Shown piece by piece: positions 1-14,500 of a stretch of DNA of 64,000 nt. The stretch is from contig NW_026889835.1 in the NCBI RefSeq assembly GCF_033153115.1, forward strand, positions 2,046,001-2,110,000. The letters run 5' to 3'. A program made the position numbers and the translations under genes. The stretch comes from Saccostrea echinata (lineage: Eukaryota). The notes under the pieces are model-generated. The model had not been told where the DNA came from. It did no database searches and saw only the letters and a program-made list of their open reading frames with translations. Numbering within the stretch: the stretch's first letter is position 1; each line of letters opens with the position of its first letter.

Positions 1-52
1 AAAAAAAAAAACAGCTGTCATTTGAGTTTTATATAAAAATGGAAGTGATTAC

Positions 53-499
53 CCATGCATCGGAAAGTGTCCGATGCATGGTTAATTTGTGTCCGATGTA
101 CGGTGAATTAAACATACTAGTAAAAACAACTCTAAAAAATATTATACAAACATTGCAGTAAAATTCTTGAAAATTTTCTATAAAATTATCAATCATTGAC
201 AAATTTTACGTAGGTCTGACTCGTTCCGTTGAAGTCTATTGAAAAGAGAGACAACTCTAAAAATTGTAAAATCGTTAAATTCTGGTTATTCCCCTTTGAT
301 GATGCAATATATGACGTAATTTCAAGGCCACTCTTGTAGTATTTTTATCACAGCATGAAAATAAAAATCGGCATGATTAAAAAGTTTAAATCTTCACCTT
401 TAAGGCAGAAACAAGTAAAAACACGGGGAGACTCAGATTCAATGAAAGTTTATTGCTTAAAGTTGTCCGAAGCAAGGTATGTGTCCGATGCATGGTTAA
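53..499. repeat. Short hairpin plus direct repeat, probably a transposon subterminal region
   Basis: CCATGCATCGGA (53-64) and TCCGATGCATGG (70-81) are inverted. GTGTCCGATGCATGGTTAA occurs at 67-85 and again at 481-499. Confidence 0.5.
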
Positions 500-504
500 C
501 TCAC

Positions 505-920
505 CCTATATAGCAATATTCCAACATCACCTGCATATGGTGTTTGAATCCCAACTGATTCGATACACAAGAGCATGCTCTGAATACGATCAATTTTTAA
601 GCTGGTGCAAGCTACTGACAAATAAGTAGATGTTACAAGGATTTCAACAAACCCGTTTAAAGTCACATTTTTTGCTAATTCTACGGTCATTTTAATGACT
701 TTGTTTGTAAAATGTCATACCATTTGTTAGTCATTGTTTTTGTTTTATACTAAATTTGACTACGGAGTTCTCTTTGTACCTGATCAATACGTAGGGCTCA
801 CGGTAGACAGGGGATGCTTGCTCCTCCTGGGTACCTGATCCCACCTCTTGTGCTGCCAGAAGTCCGTGTTTTTCCTTGATTTATGAGATTAATAATTACT
901 GTTCATTAACTTAACTTTTA
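505..920 (+). mobile_element. 5'-truncated, decayed Penelope-like retroelement (RT C-terminal remnant plus conserved 3' tail)
   Basis: From 512 it translates, with a frameshift and stops, to SNIPTSPAYGV..SQLIRYTRACSEYDQFL..LLTNK*MLQGFQQTRLKS, resembling the thumb region of Penelope-like RTs. The tail AGGGGATGCTTGCTCCTCC..GGTACCTGATCCCACCTCT is shared with 63830-64000. Confidence 0.7.
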
Positions 921-3164
921 TATTATACAAATTATTCATCTATGAGTAGCAGTGTCACCCACTATGATATAAAATTTTGTCTTATATTAAATGACTAGTA
1001 TACAAATATATCATTAATGGACGCATTTAGTTACTAGTATCCATAATTACCATATTACATCTTAAGAAGATTTAATATCATTAGAAGTTACTATAGTGCA
1101 TCTCACAATCTTCACTTCTGGGCCTCTAATTATTGCAAGTACTGTCCAGTCTCTCAAAATTACAGAAGTTCTGCTCCTTCGGTAGGAATTGGAGATCACA
1201 CGGGTTAGACATGGACTCAAAAGAAAAATGAAGATCAGCATATGTGAGATGGAGGCCTTTGTATACAGAGTGTGATCAGAAAAAATACTGAAAAAAGATC
1301 CTGAAATGAACAATGCTGAGTGTACTTTAGATTCCTCTCAAGCCTCTGATTACAAAGTATAACTAAACAGTGTGAATCCCAGGTGCGTTTTTCTCACATT
1401 TTCTGTTTAGTTAACAAAACAAAAATAGTTCTGTTAATTATAATGTAGATTATGTAATAAGCTTACAGAGGCAATTAAAGTTCACTATATAATGTTTATT
1501 CCAAATTTGGCTTTATTCAAATATTGGCTTGTTGACCTTTAATCGATCATTTTTAAAAATTTTGAATTAAAGTGTTCATAACCTTAGCCAGGTTGATTCC
1601 GCTGTTTTACTTTGAGTATATTTACAAGCTCGTACTAGAATAGAATAGAATAAACGCTTTGATAGCTTCTATATAAAGTACCTTCTTATGCGGATGATAT
1701 AAAGTGACCCCCCCCCCCCCAGGCCTTTCAAACGAAAAAAATGAAACAGTTTTCAAGAAGCAATCTGCCGCAGATGACCACAGATCTGAGGTGAACCAAA
1801 AAGTGATGAAATGGTTCACTTTGGTCTTTTCTTCTGCTTTCCAAATCACAGAAGCTTTTTTGACAATAAATTGTTGTAGTGGACATAGCTATGGATCTGG
1901 TGGGATTAAAAGAAGAAATACTGAAAGTAATTAAGAATATTCAGTGACAAATATTACTTCACAAGTAAAACTTTTGGTAGGATACTATTGTGAACTTTCG
2001 CTCAAATAATGTAATATTTTTTCAAAGGGTATAAAAAAGAGTTTTAGCAATGCAGAGAATTGTTACCATTTCTAAAGGAAGCAATTCTATATTTGTAAAT
2101 TCAAGGAAGATGGAAGAATTAATCAAAAATGTATTTAGAGCTAAAAGTTGGTCACTAGAACACATTTGATTGCTACACGATACATTCTGCATATTGATAG
2201 TCATCTTTAGCTAATCCTCTTCGTCCTCCCATTACGAGACTGATTCGTGGCAACAATAAACAATTTACTGTGACCTTCCGTGTATTAATTTACTTCAATT
2301 CTATCAGATAAAAAGCATATCTCTGAAAAATTAAGTTAGAGATTCCCTTAATCAGAGTGACTTAACAAGATTGTTTTCTGTACTTTTGCAGCAGTTTAGG
2401 ATATCGAGTTACCATATCGCCCAGGTAGATAGTGGTTTAATTCCGGAACGAGGTCAAAGGTAAATAAATGCACTTCCGGTAGCAGTGGCATTTTGAAATA
2501 AAGTTTTGATTGACCAAATGTTGCACAATTTGTAGGAAGTAATTAATAACCAGCTTGAATATTCAAGGTCAAATATGCCATTTTGTGGGTTAGCAATTGA
2601 TATCCTTCTGAACATGCAAACTGTTTAAATCAAGGCATTTTGAATGATCTTTTCTCCTATAAATTTTACATGAATTTGCTGTATCCCAATCGTATTAAGG
2701 ATACATAACACAAACAAAAATTTGATGCCTGGATTGATATATATTTTTTGACTGATTTTGAATAGAAATGACATAAATAACAAATCTCTAAAATACAAAG
2801 AAATCATAAGTTTTCTTTGGTGCTTAAATATGTGACTTTGTTTTGTTTTATATGTAATTAAATACAAAATTTTGCATATATTTTTGACATTGCGACAAAA
2901 TCTTGAAAAGTTCTCTCACTTTAACTGGTAAACATTATTCAGGTTACTTATTTCAGTATAAATCTATGAGAATTATTGCTGATTTCTGGAAAAAGTTTGT
3001 TTGTGTTATTTATCCTTAATAGTACAATTGTAATTATAAAAGTTAATACAAACTAACTTCTATTTATGTACATTTTAGGTTCAGTATTCAATGGAAACCC
3101 CCTTGTAAAACATAACATGAAAATGTCTAAAACATATCTGAATTATTGTTTGATTTTTTAAAAC

Positions 3165-3268
3165 TTTTTGTTTGTTTGTTTATTTGTTCTTGTTTTGTTT
3201 TGTTGTTTTCCTTGTTTTATTTTGTTTGTTTGGAGGTTTGTTTGTTTGTTTGTTTGTTTGTTTGTTTG

Positions 3269-3299
<31 letters not shown>

Positions 3300-3307
3300 T
3301 TTTTTTT
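3165..3307. repeat. (GTTT)n/(GTTTT)n microsatellite
   Basis: Directly visible tetra/pentanucleotide run ending in poly-T. Confidence 0.95.
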
Positions 3308-4222
3308 GGCCTTGAAATAACTTAACACAAATTCCATTATATCTTCTTGAAGCCTATTCATTACATGCATGGAATTGAAGAACGCACATCATTTCGACGA
3401 AGGTATTTTGATAAAATGTAACATTGCGCTAACAATTTTATTAAAGAAGAAACTGTAACAAAATTTCGGTCGAATGATAGGTTGTTTCTTATTATGACCC
3501 ATGTATTCATAAATCGGCGATGATGTTCAAATTGCCTTAAATTTTTCGATAACCGTTGATGTTACTTTTTCATTTTCGGATTAGCGATGATAAGACAGGT
3601 CGGAGGTTGGGGCACCAACGTAAGACTGTCGAGAATTATTTTTAGATAAAATGAATTTATATTGCAGTTTATTTGAAATTCCTTGACTGCATCTAGTTTA
3701 CATCATTCGTTGTTTTAATTACTTAGAAACGCTACATTAATTTGATTTGAGATAAAATACACTATTTCATTTCGAATGGCGTCTGGAAAACTGTGTTTGT
3801 TGGCTAATAGTACAGATGGATTGCAATCTTGACGAAAGAAAACATTTTATAGTAACCTTTTGAAAATAAAAAGATATCAAGGTTTAAAGAGAAAAGGTGG
3901 CCTAATTGGTATAATCTTGTTTCTTTTTGCAAAATCTAATTTGCACGAATTACATATCAAATAATCGCCATTCTAATTACAGATAATGATGATTTAAGGT
4001 ACATTCAGGTATTCTAAATAATAATTAAAAAAAATCGATCCTGATCTGTAGATAGGCCAGCAATTTGGAATTATGTTTTATGAACTGTAGACATAGATGA
4101 TTTTATTTTACAGGGCATCGTTGGTATGGATTTATATAACACCCGACCCATTTAATCATTATATGGTTTTCTGGATATTATGCTTAAGGATAATATGCTA
4201 ACGGACTCCTTGTATCAAATAA

Positions 4223-4520
4223 TTTTAGCTCATTTTGAGCCAAAGGCTGAAGTGGGCTTCCTTGCTTGTAGATATCCTGTCATTTGTTTTTGTTTATTGA
4301 CTAAAGCTTAATTATATAATATCACAATCTATATCTTTACTTTCGACCAATTTTTAAACAAAGCATCCCTAGGGTGTGCAAAATTTTTATAGACTGCTCA
4401 GAGGAAAGAAAATCTTCTAATGGGGATATGAGTAAAAAAACAGGAAAAATAGGATGGGATTGTCATAAGTGTCTTCCTTATGTCACCCCAAATTCACAAA
4501 AAAATGAGGCAAATATAGAT
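4223..4520 (+). mobile_element. Degenerate 5' end of a Helentron-associated non-autonomous element (HINE)
   Basis: TTTTAGCTCATTTTGAGCCAAAGGCTGAAGTGGGC resembles the terminal hairpin of the element at 41442-42446. The right boundary is uncertain. Confidence 0.4.
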
Positions 4521-5276
4521 TACGTATCAATTAGCGATAGCTTACTTTAAAGTCATACTTTTACCTAGGGTACCACCCAGTATTTTTATTATATGTACTG
4601 TTAATCATAATGCACATTTTAATATTATTTTTTTTATTGTAAAGTGATTATTTTCTTGCTAGTAAGCAAGGTTCAACCTATTAAAAATTTAATAAATCCT
4701 ATAAGCACAATTTGTATATAACACTGTATATAATTACTAGTAAACATGCTGCTCACACATTCATGTTAATTGATGTTTTATGTGTAATATGTAACTTTCA
4801 TCTCTATGTTGTAAAGTTGTGCAACCAAATTCGTAGACTGGTAAAAAATGTGTAAAAATATGTAAATAATGTTTATGCATTGATGGATATTATTGTCAGT
4901 GCTTACAAGATCCTTTAACAAAAAGTTTGAATGCTAGTTTGCACTTCATAAACATATGTGAACTAATTTGAATATCATTTTGCCACTGAATAGGTCTAGA
5001 TTTTTTGCAAAATGTGCATTTTGATTTGTTAATTTGTGAATAGAATGACTGTTGGAAAACAATTAAATTATAACATTTACATCCACTGAATATTATTTCC
5101 TTTATTTCTTATGAAAACCATTGCCGTTTATCAGTCAGTAAACGCAACAAAGCAGACACCTGCAAAGATTTCTTGGAAACGGCTCTTCCATCAATTATGC
5201 ATACAATGACGTATAACACATCTATAACACAATATTTAACGCATTAATTTTACTTTTTTTTTTACAGATATAAATA

Positions 5277-5420
5277 TAAACAATAAAATGTCTTTCTATA
5301 TTTGTTAGTACGGGAATTAACATCGCAGCTATTGCAGAAAAAAAAATTATGTTTTTTTCTGCAACAGCTGCAGCATAAATTCTCGTATACTAACAACCAA
5401 AGAAAGCATTTTATTGTTTA
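5277..5420. repeat. Imperfect ~140-bp palindrome (foldback element)
   Basis: TAAACAATAAAATG..GCAGCTATTGCAGAAAAAAA pairs with TTTTTTTCTGCAACAGCTGC..CATTTTATTGTTTA. Confidence 0.8.
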
Positions 5421-8356
5421 AAATAAACATTTTTGGACAACTTCATAACTACATGTACGGTTTACAGGGGTTAGCTCACAGACCACCACGAATGGGAATT
5501 CAACAGAATTTAGCCATTGTTTAAACTGTTTCTACAAAAAATACCTTTAGCGGAACTTTAGACAAATGAAACTGACTTGATACTTTTTTCAATAATTGGT
5601 CTTGCCTAACAAGGATATTTGAAGGTCATAACTTTTAAGTTATTTTACTCATTATGATGACATATCCAGGGCTATGTCTCGGAAGCCAAAGATGAAAAAT
5701 AAATTAATAGTGTACTGCATCGAATACGGTAGTATTAATTTATTCTCTTATTTGGGCAAAATACAAATCTTGTGATTGATTAAAGGTTTTGTCTTGAAGG
5801 TCAATATCATTTTGGCTGTATAGAGATAAATAAAACCGTCTAGCTCCGATAAAAATGATTTGCTACTTAATGCCGAAGTCTTGCTTAAAAGGTTAATTTA
5901 TGATCTAAGGATATATCGCAAAGACCAGTTAGCTCATTATTTCCAAAGAAGTAGAGAAAATATAAAGTCACACCTTTGGGGCGACAAAAGAGAATGACTT
6001 TCAAAGTACATGTATGTTTCTATCACGGCCCTTTGGTTTAGTGTGAGGCCACATAAAGAAGACGATGTTGATGAGATTCATTTCTTTTTGATGGGCTACT
6101 CGATGAGATGTGGTTTATAATTGGTCCTTTACACGATTATAGACTTTCCTGTGCATTTATGTGTTTCATATTCTCTTAATTTCACCCAATATAAATATCA
6201 ATACCATCTCACATTTGAGTACAAATTTTGAACCTGAGAATGTAATTGTTGCGTTTCGTTTAATGGTTACTGTTTTGCAGTGTAGGTATATGGTATGACC
6301 GAAATACAGTTTGGCACCTACACCCCTTAATAATTTGGCAAAATATTGCTATATTTAGGACAGGAATAAAAAAGAAAATGTACGCGTTTCTCTCTGCTTA
6401 CAACCGGCGATCATTGACTTGGCAGGAAAATACTTTCGAATCGATAGAAAACTACAAAGTGTGAAATTAACATCACAATCCTGTTATTTACTACATATTT
6501 GTCAATATTCCGAAACACGCATTTAATCAAATTTTGCCGAGTCTACCAAACATCTAGGTTAAATATCTCCGGTGTTTCTTATATTTGTTGAGCCAGTACT
6601 TTAAACAAGAAAGAACAACAGCAACTGGGGTTTAATACACGATAAACAAGTAATGATATATAAATTCGATATTGAAATTGATATTTCTGTTGATTGCAAG
6701 CTGATTTACGAAACTTTGTCATGGAAGAAAACCAACAGATATGTAGTGTTCCATTTTAATACTTAGTTTAAGAGAAGTAGTTACTTTTCTTGCCATGGTA
6801 TGATGGAAGAAAGTAACTATTGCTTCCGAGGCCAAAAGCAAATATTCTGCTGAATTTCTATTATCCAAATACATGTATGAAGAGACCGCTCTAAAAAAAA
6901 GACAAACATAAAACTGAATTACAACAAGTTTAATAACATGACATTTCAAGTTCAATGTTAACTATTTTATGTACAATAAAATACAAAATAATTAAAACAA
7001 CAATGTAGATTGCATGGCTTTTTGATAGTGGAAATACGTTCATTACTTGCTTGGAAATACAACAGTCCACGCAAATTTATGCACTAACAAGATAATGAAG
7101 AGAAATTAATGTTTGCTATTTCTAAGATGCTTTAATGTATATAAGCTCGAAAAATACAAAATGCTGTTAGAATTATGATGAATTTATTGATGACCATGAA
7201 GAAAATGTATATCATGATAAATAAATAGTGAGACAGGTGCGCTGATACAGTGTTATCTGAAAACAACACGACGCATGAAAACCAATGACAGGAAATGTTT
7301 GGAAATGTCGAAAATGCATTGATCTAACAAAACACTCCAAATTGCTGTATACAACCCAAAAAGATACGATTCTAAAATCCTGAGAACATCCTATATTCTT
7401 CTTTCCTTAGAGGGTGAAGTCGTAGTTAATTGTTACAAATCGTGGTCAAGTTATATGCGTCTTATGCAGAATAAATAATTTGAAATATTCTTCTAACAAA
7501 ATTGATTAATCTGATTTTACAGACTATAATTTTGCTTTAAAAAAATATTTTGGTGTTTCTACAATCTACAATTATATATCGAAAATAAATCAGCTGACCT
7601 ACAGTTAGACAAAACATGTTTTGTTTTTAAATTGCAACATATAATTATTATCAAATTCTGAAATTTTCTTACATTTCTTACGTACATTGTATATAATTTT
7701 GCAGATGGTTTATTTTTCCTGAGATATTGTGATTCAAAAAGTCTCCTTGTTGAAAAAAGTCCCAGATACCCTAGTTTACTCGCAGTCGTTGCAATTGCAA
7801 CTAAGCGTTTCTAAAACTATGGACTTTGCACGATATTACGTAAATGTTAAGAACAAACAATGAATAGGTATTAAACAATAATCACAAATTCTTTTAGTAC
7901 TATTGGCGCTTTTTTTAGCGTCTCCTCTCCACATCTGTCATCTTGTGCTGGCTAGTTTAAAACATGAGGTAGATTCGCACAGACACTGGCCCTGTCCTGA
8001 ATTTAATCAAAAGTGAGAGATGGTCACCATGGACATATATAAACAAAATATAAATTTAAAAAAGTATCAACAACAATGGTGATAGTTTGGATCTTGGACC
8101 GTAGACTTCCGGAAATTCGCTTCGAACATACGTGGAGCCCTGATGTCATATTGGCGTCATTTTTTCATTCTGCATTGAAATTTGGCAATTTATACTTAGA
8201 AGTTCAACATCCGTTGTCATCGAGTTTGTGAATTGGTTCGTGTTCCTTAAGAATTACCAGGGATATCGCTGAATTAGACAATTTCATTTCGAACGAAATC
8301 TGGTACTTTGAATATCAAGAATATTCATTCAAAAAATTAGTGGCATCATTTTGGAT

Positions 8357-8548
8357 CTACCTGCATGCACAAGAATTAACTGTCATACTTGGATAATTTT
8401 TCAGGACAACATTCCTATTTTCGTCAAAATAGAGAAGCGTCACAGAAGACATGGAATCGGGCACACAACAAGGGGCTGGTACATCGGTGTATATTCCAAT
8501 GGCGTGGACCATACTTTGTATTGTAGCGTGGTTTGAAGGTCTCAATCG
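8357..8548 (-). CDS. BMP3: BMP3 coding exon 3 (C-terminal cystine knot)
   Basis: Acceptor TTTTTACAG| at 8549; [14 protein letters not shown] then TAG. Confidence 0.95.
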   Translation of the reverse strand, partial: RLRPSNHATIQSMVHAIGIYTDVPAPCCVPDSMSSVTLLYFDENRNVVLKNYPSMTVNSCACR

Positions 8549-11500
8549 CTGTAAAAAAGAAAATTATATTATCAATGATGTCTCTACGCTTCACTATATT
8601 GGGGATTACTGAAGATTATCTTTCTTTCGTTTCCTTTGATTGTTTTTTTAAAAGTTAAGGATTATGACCAAAAAAAAAATTAATCTGGGAATCTTGTCGT
8701 GTATTTCAACAACTACATAGAAATAATCCGACATTTCAGTTAACTACTCATGCTTTTCAAAAATACGATGTTGTTTTTCTATATTGTAGATACCAAAGTT
8801 TAAAAAAAAAATCTTGTCAGCTTAATCTGAAAGCCGTGCAGATTTAACAGAGTGATCATACAGGTGATGTGAAGATTTCACTTTTATGAGTTGTAAACAA
8901 GAGAAACAAATTACAATTCAAAAGTAAACAAAAGTTTCTGGAGAACTGATCTTGAGTGCTATCTATAAACACATTGATCAGATTTCATCCATCAAGGACT
9001 CCCCGTCCAGGCTGTCAGATAAAGCAAGACACAGGGACCATGCGTTGCTGACACGCTTTGAACATTTCACTTTACATTTCAGATTAGAGATCGAGATGAA
9101 GGTTGAAAACCCCGTGCTTCTCGTTTTGGAATTGTGATTTACCAGCCAACGTTAGCAAAAATGTTTTCTCAGAGTAACATTTGAACAATTTACGATCTAT
9201 TAGATTCTAACATACTTAATACTCAAACAGTATGTCTAATCTGGTCACCGGTGAATACTGGGCTTTGTACCGCTTCGTGCTCCCCCACATGTTAGCGATT
9301 AGATCTCAAATTACATTTTTTAACCAAAATAAGGGAAACAGGTACCTTACCTTTGTAAGAGGAAATGGACATGATCCTGCGCAATAGTGGGCCTCGAAAG
9401 ATTTAGGGGATATGATCCAATCTCCCCACCCAATATCTGCAAAATCCACTACAAGCTTTTGACGACCACAAAGATGGCCGCTCTTTTCCTCCGTAGCCAT
9501 GTTTTGTTTAACGTTTTTCCACTCTTTCGGAAACACTCTATTCTTCCGCCTATTTTTCTTTCTCCTGTTTTTCCGCTTTCTGTGCTTTCTCCGTTTGGCT
9601 TTACTTGGATATGGTATACGTCTAGAGCCAGAGTTTTTGTTGCGATTTTGCTTTCGAGTTTGGAGAATACCTGGATGCGTTTGGGGAATGTTAAATTTTC
9701 GCTCTATACGACCATAATCATCTGGATTCTCCGGAATTTCATTGTCATATATTGATCTTTTATCTCTTATTTTGATATCTGTCACCACATCTGATAATTT
9801 CTTCTTTTCTAAATTTTTATTAGAAGTAGAGTCACTTTTGATTTTATCTGCTAACGAATCTAACTGATCAAAACGACTTTCTTGAGTATCGTTCGTGTAC
9901 ACAATTAAAAATGGCATGGAATGATGGCGGATGAATTTCCGTAATGCAATGTCTCTCAGTTTCCCATTTTGTTTCTCGGCTTTAAAATTCAAGGCAAATA
10001 AATGGGGTACTTTTCGTCTTGCAGCCAGACAACTACCTACGGCCTTGGTAACATCATACCACTGCCAGCCATAGGACTCAGCCCGCATTGTAATCTTCCC
10101 TTCCTCAGACATGTAATGAGGGGCTACTTCATACATTTTTAATTCAATGTCTTTTTTGGGATTGAAGCGTTTGGGTTTCCGTTTGTACAAATGAATTTCT
10201 GCGCTCAATAACAGCTCTGTTCGACGTATGGACGTCAGGTTAAAAATAAACATGGTCTCCCCATTCACAACAGCTGAAAAGAGAGGAAAAAACATATTTA
10301 GTTTTCATATAAATGGTTACATTTGTCCTTAAAATGTGCTACACCTTATTCAAAGGAGTGTTCACAACATTAACTGTTTAAAGATTTGCACTTGTGGGTT
10401 TTTATCAAATATCTTTGATGTTCTTAATTTCAATTTCTCATACGAGTAATAAATGCAAGCCTTTATACTAGATGTAAATAAAGAAGGCAGAATTGTGAAC
10501 AACTTCATATTGATATTGATTGAAATAACATTTAATGCTCAGCTCGACACCATTTGATAGCATATTAGACCTGATTTAATGTACCTTGAAAATTCTTAAT
10601 GAAAAATTATGTGTAATTTGTCAAAACACTTTAAACGTTGTAGATTTTCAAGCATGGCCTGTCAAAAAGGGACGGTGTATATAGAGTTCTTTAAGCATGT
10701 TCGTTCGCAAATTTTGAAAGGGTAACAAGTCTCTATTTCTATTTTTGATGAAGTACCCAAAAGAGCAGTAAATTTATAGATGGTAAATGTCCTTGTTCTT
10801 TGATTGATGTTCCAGCAACTAGGAGTTCTTTTCACGAGCAAATCCGTAACTGGATGCTTTTGTTGGAACTGTTCTGATAATAGTCGAATAAACTCGCGGC
10901 ATCCCGTAATTACCATTTATGCCCAATCGGCGTTTGTACGATAGCATGCTGAAAGGTTATTATTACCTTTATTTTAACAACCGTTTTACAAGACTTGAGT
11001 GACTTGTGGTGCAAAGGTCGGTGATTTTCAAGCTGTTTAAGAACGAATTTGTACCCCCAAAAATCGCACCCGCTAACCACGACTTCACCTTGCCTTTCCG
11101 AAAACATTTTTGTTAAATCTAAAAAGCAAGTCATTCCTCGTCGTCAACATGAAATCGATATTTGTTCAAGATCGCCGTCGCTGATGGCGACTGTTTCGTT
11201 TCCTTGTACCTACCAAAGAAGAAAAGCCAAGGGTCGTACACACTTTTAACTTTTGTTTTAGTATATTTTTTACATTGTGTACCAAGACCATAGAAAGGAA
11301 TTTGAGACCAAATATTTTCAACAAAATATGCTTACACCTAATCTTATAAAAGAAACTTTTTGAAAAAAGGTCACACAAATGTATTTTGCCCAATTTTAAG
11401 CACGGTAGATATTGCTGAATTTTATTCTTTCAATTGAACACAAGTCTTGCAACATACCTTGAAAAACAAATACGTATGCTCATTTTATTAAGCTTTACCA

Positions 11501-14500
11501 TAAATACCACAAATTCCTTCATATTCATGTAGGAGATGGGGTAGAATCCGCCTAATTCTGTTTAAAATGTTTCTTTCATCTTTGTATGAATTCACGAATT
11601 CTTACAGAAGTCACATGTAACGAGTGCCTTTAACAACTACTAGAGGCCCAAAGATTTCAATGTAATATCTTGTTATTCAGAGTTACATGTAAAATCCTGT
11701 TAATTATTCAGAGTCGCATCGTATCAAATTCCGAAGAAACTGTATATATTTTGCCTTCCTTTTCAAAGGGATGGACATACAATTTCCAAATCAATGTTAT
11801 TGTTTTTAGCAATGAAATTTTTTTCTACTCTTAATCAATCATTGTCCTTAAATCTCATATTAATGAATCTGAATCTAAATAATGAATGAACTAAGAAGCG
11901 GTCCACTCTTTTACCGCTACCCGATGACATTTTGTATGCCCACTCCCGCGCCGCAATGTTGCACGACAAATTGGTTTGTGTTACATCATAGGTGCCCTCT
12001 AGTCCGGCGGTATATTCTGCCTCAGTGTTTTACTATGACTCCTTCAATTGTATGAAGATCTACATAGTTTAATTGTGTTGAAGCACTATTTGAGTTGAGG
12101 TGCCTATTAAGTGGAGTGTTACCTGAAAGAAGTGACATGCGATTATACAAAGATAAACATCTGCGCCATAATCACCTTACATTTGTATTGCTATAAAATC
12201 TCGGACACTTAGTCTACCGGATGATAAAATATTATTGTTATTGTCAAATCAAACGCTCTATCGACTGTACAAAAACGCGAATGAATGCGGAAAAGGATAT
12301 AAAATATGGGTCACATTTGTTGGAGTGGAATACAATGTATAAAGCAAAATATTGATGTAGATTTTCCTCTTGTTTTATTTTGTAAAGGCCATACTTTCTT
12401 ATCAATATAGAAGCTCGCTCTCATCTTAACGCATTCCTTTCAGAGATCAGTCAAATCAAGCGAGCGGTCATTACGGGCAATTGTACCATACGGCTGACCA
12501 CTCGTGCTGGCGCCATAAGTGACAGGGGTATCCGCACCGTCAGCTGATTAAGTATTTATGTATCGTAATATTTATGTGATTTACAAAGTCATAGGGACAA
12601 AGCTTATCGACTTCACTAAAATTTTCAAACAGATATAAAAAGGCCGAAGAAAATTTACATTAATAGCCGACCTTGTTTCAAAGGGTAATTGCAAATTGAC
12701 GAGACGTGATGTCCTCTATCATTTTGCAAGCGAAAGTTAAAAGTTTATTGAGGGGACTTTTTATTGACAGGGGTCTCTGTGAATGAGGTGTATGATTTAT
12801 ACTCTCAAACAGGCCCCATGATACCTCTCAAAACTCGAGTAAAATTGCTTAAGATCGCGAGACAAACAAAAAGCCAAACAGTATTTCCTACAACAAAGTA
12901 GACAGTAAACTTTATTGTCAATTAAATTATTCATGATAGAAAAAGCTGGTTTCTGAAGACATGCAGGGAGGGTGGCGACACACAAGCAGACTACGGGATT
13001 CTTTTATCAAACAACACAATTTCCTCCCACCGCCATTTGTACCAGAGGGTAAACAGTCCAGACGTAACAGAAAAGACTCGGAACAAAGGTTGAGACAGCA
13101 AATTGGTAGATGTAGAAAAAATGTCTCCAAAGATGTCAATGTCAGACTTGCAAATACTCGATAGGTATTAGAACTTTTAAAAACTGCTCCTAAAATACAG
13201 ACCTAACGACTCAGAGCAAAAAGGGAATGGGCCCAATAAGCTATTGGCCTTTTTATTTCAAGTTTCAATAAAAACAATTTTGAATGGCAGAGAAAATGCA
13301 TGATTATTGACGCATGTATTGTAGTCTATTTCTACACCATGGGTATAAATACTAAAATAGTTTATATGTTACATTATTTTCGGAAGCACTGTAGTTATAT
13401 AGACATAAAATGTCAAATATTTAAGGTTACTTAATTTAGATTTTTTCATTGCTATTACCGAAACGTTTATTTTTATAATGTTTTTGTTGACGCTTTTGTG
13501 TTATAAAGAGTTAACTTTATAGTTTGTGTTAAAAAGCGTCAACTTTATAGTGTGAAAATCCTTCCGGGCATCGAGAAGAAAAAAATCCTTGTGGGTTCTG
13601 CAAATAAAAAGTGTCAGAGATGCTCTTTTTCAAATTTATTTGAATGTAATTTAATCTATTTTATGTCGCTTTTATTTCAACATGGCGGGAAATTTTGCAT
13701 TTTATGAAGATTAGAATTATTTTTTTAAATGTTTTTTTTTCCACTGCGATTGTATTAAAAGCGGTCAAAGGGTTTCTCGTTGTTTATTCTTATTTTGGAA
13801 TTAAGATATTTAGGAAAGTCGTCGGCGACCTTTAATTGGCAGATAGGCATCAATAAACCATAGTCCTGATTTGCCATTAAACTCATGGGTGGTATATATC
13901 ACCGGGGGAATCACATAGATGACATCTGGTTTCTTCTTTTACTGAATAAACTCGCTTATCAATAGTCTTGTGTACATATCGTAAACTAATCTTTTGTTGT
14001 GTTGTGAAACAATTTGCAAGATTATATATCTAGTCTTGCGGCTTTTTGACCAAAGGCGCTGCTATCATTAGTATGCAACTGTCAACACATTTATGTACGA
14101 CATTACTTCATTTAGGGCATCTTGTTAGCACATCTTTGACAGCCAGTTTTTTTCGCCTTGCACGGTGAACAATACTGAAAATTGATTATATTAGAAAATA
14201 CCCACAGGTTTCACCCTGCGGGAGGCAAAACAGGCTTCGGTACATCTTAATTATACGCTGCCAATAAAGCAGAGTGCTATCACACATCCCCGCGATTTGT
14301 GATACACTTCTATGTTATGTTGAAAACTGTTTCATTTAGTTTGTTCATTTTAAGATAAACTATTTCAGGTTAAACGCGACTTTTCGATGTTGAATATTTG
14401 GTAAACCTGGTATAAAAACGACGGTGCCTGTAAGCATGTTTGATTTATCATCTCTGCACTGGTTTTAAACCACTGTTTTATTAACTCTGAGAAAATTAAG

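Noticed and set aside
1704-1934. Poly-C tract plus AG followed by a 70-codon open frame (possible terminal exon)
   Set aside because: No recognisable protein and no partner exons in the window; cannot be supported without RNA data.
3158-3370. K/Q/N/T-rich ORF
   Set aside because: Translation of the (GTTT)n microsatellite.
9387-9755. Plus-strand ORFs of 122 and 72 aa
   Set aside because: Antisense shadows of BMP3 exon 2.
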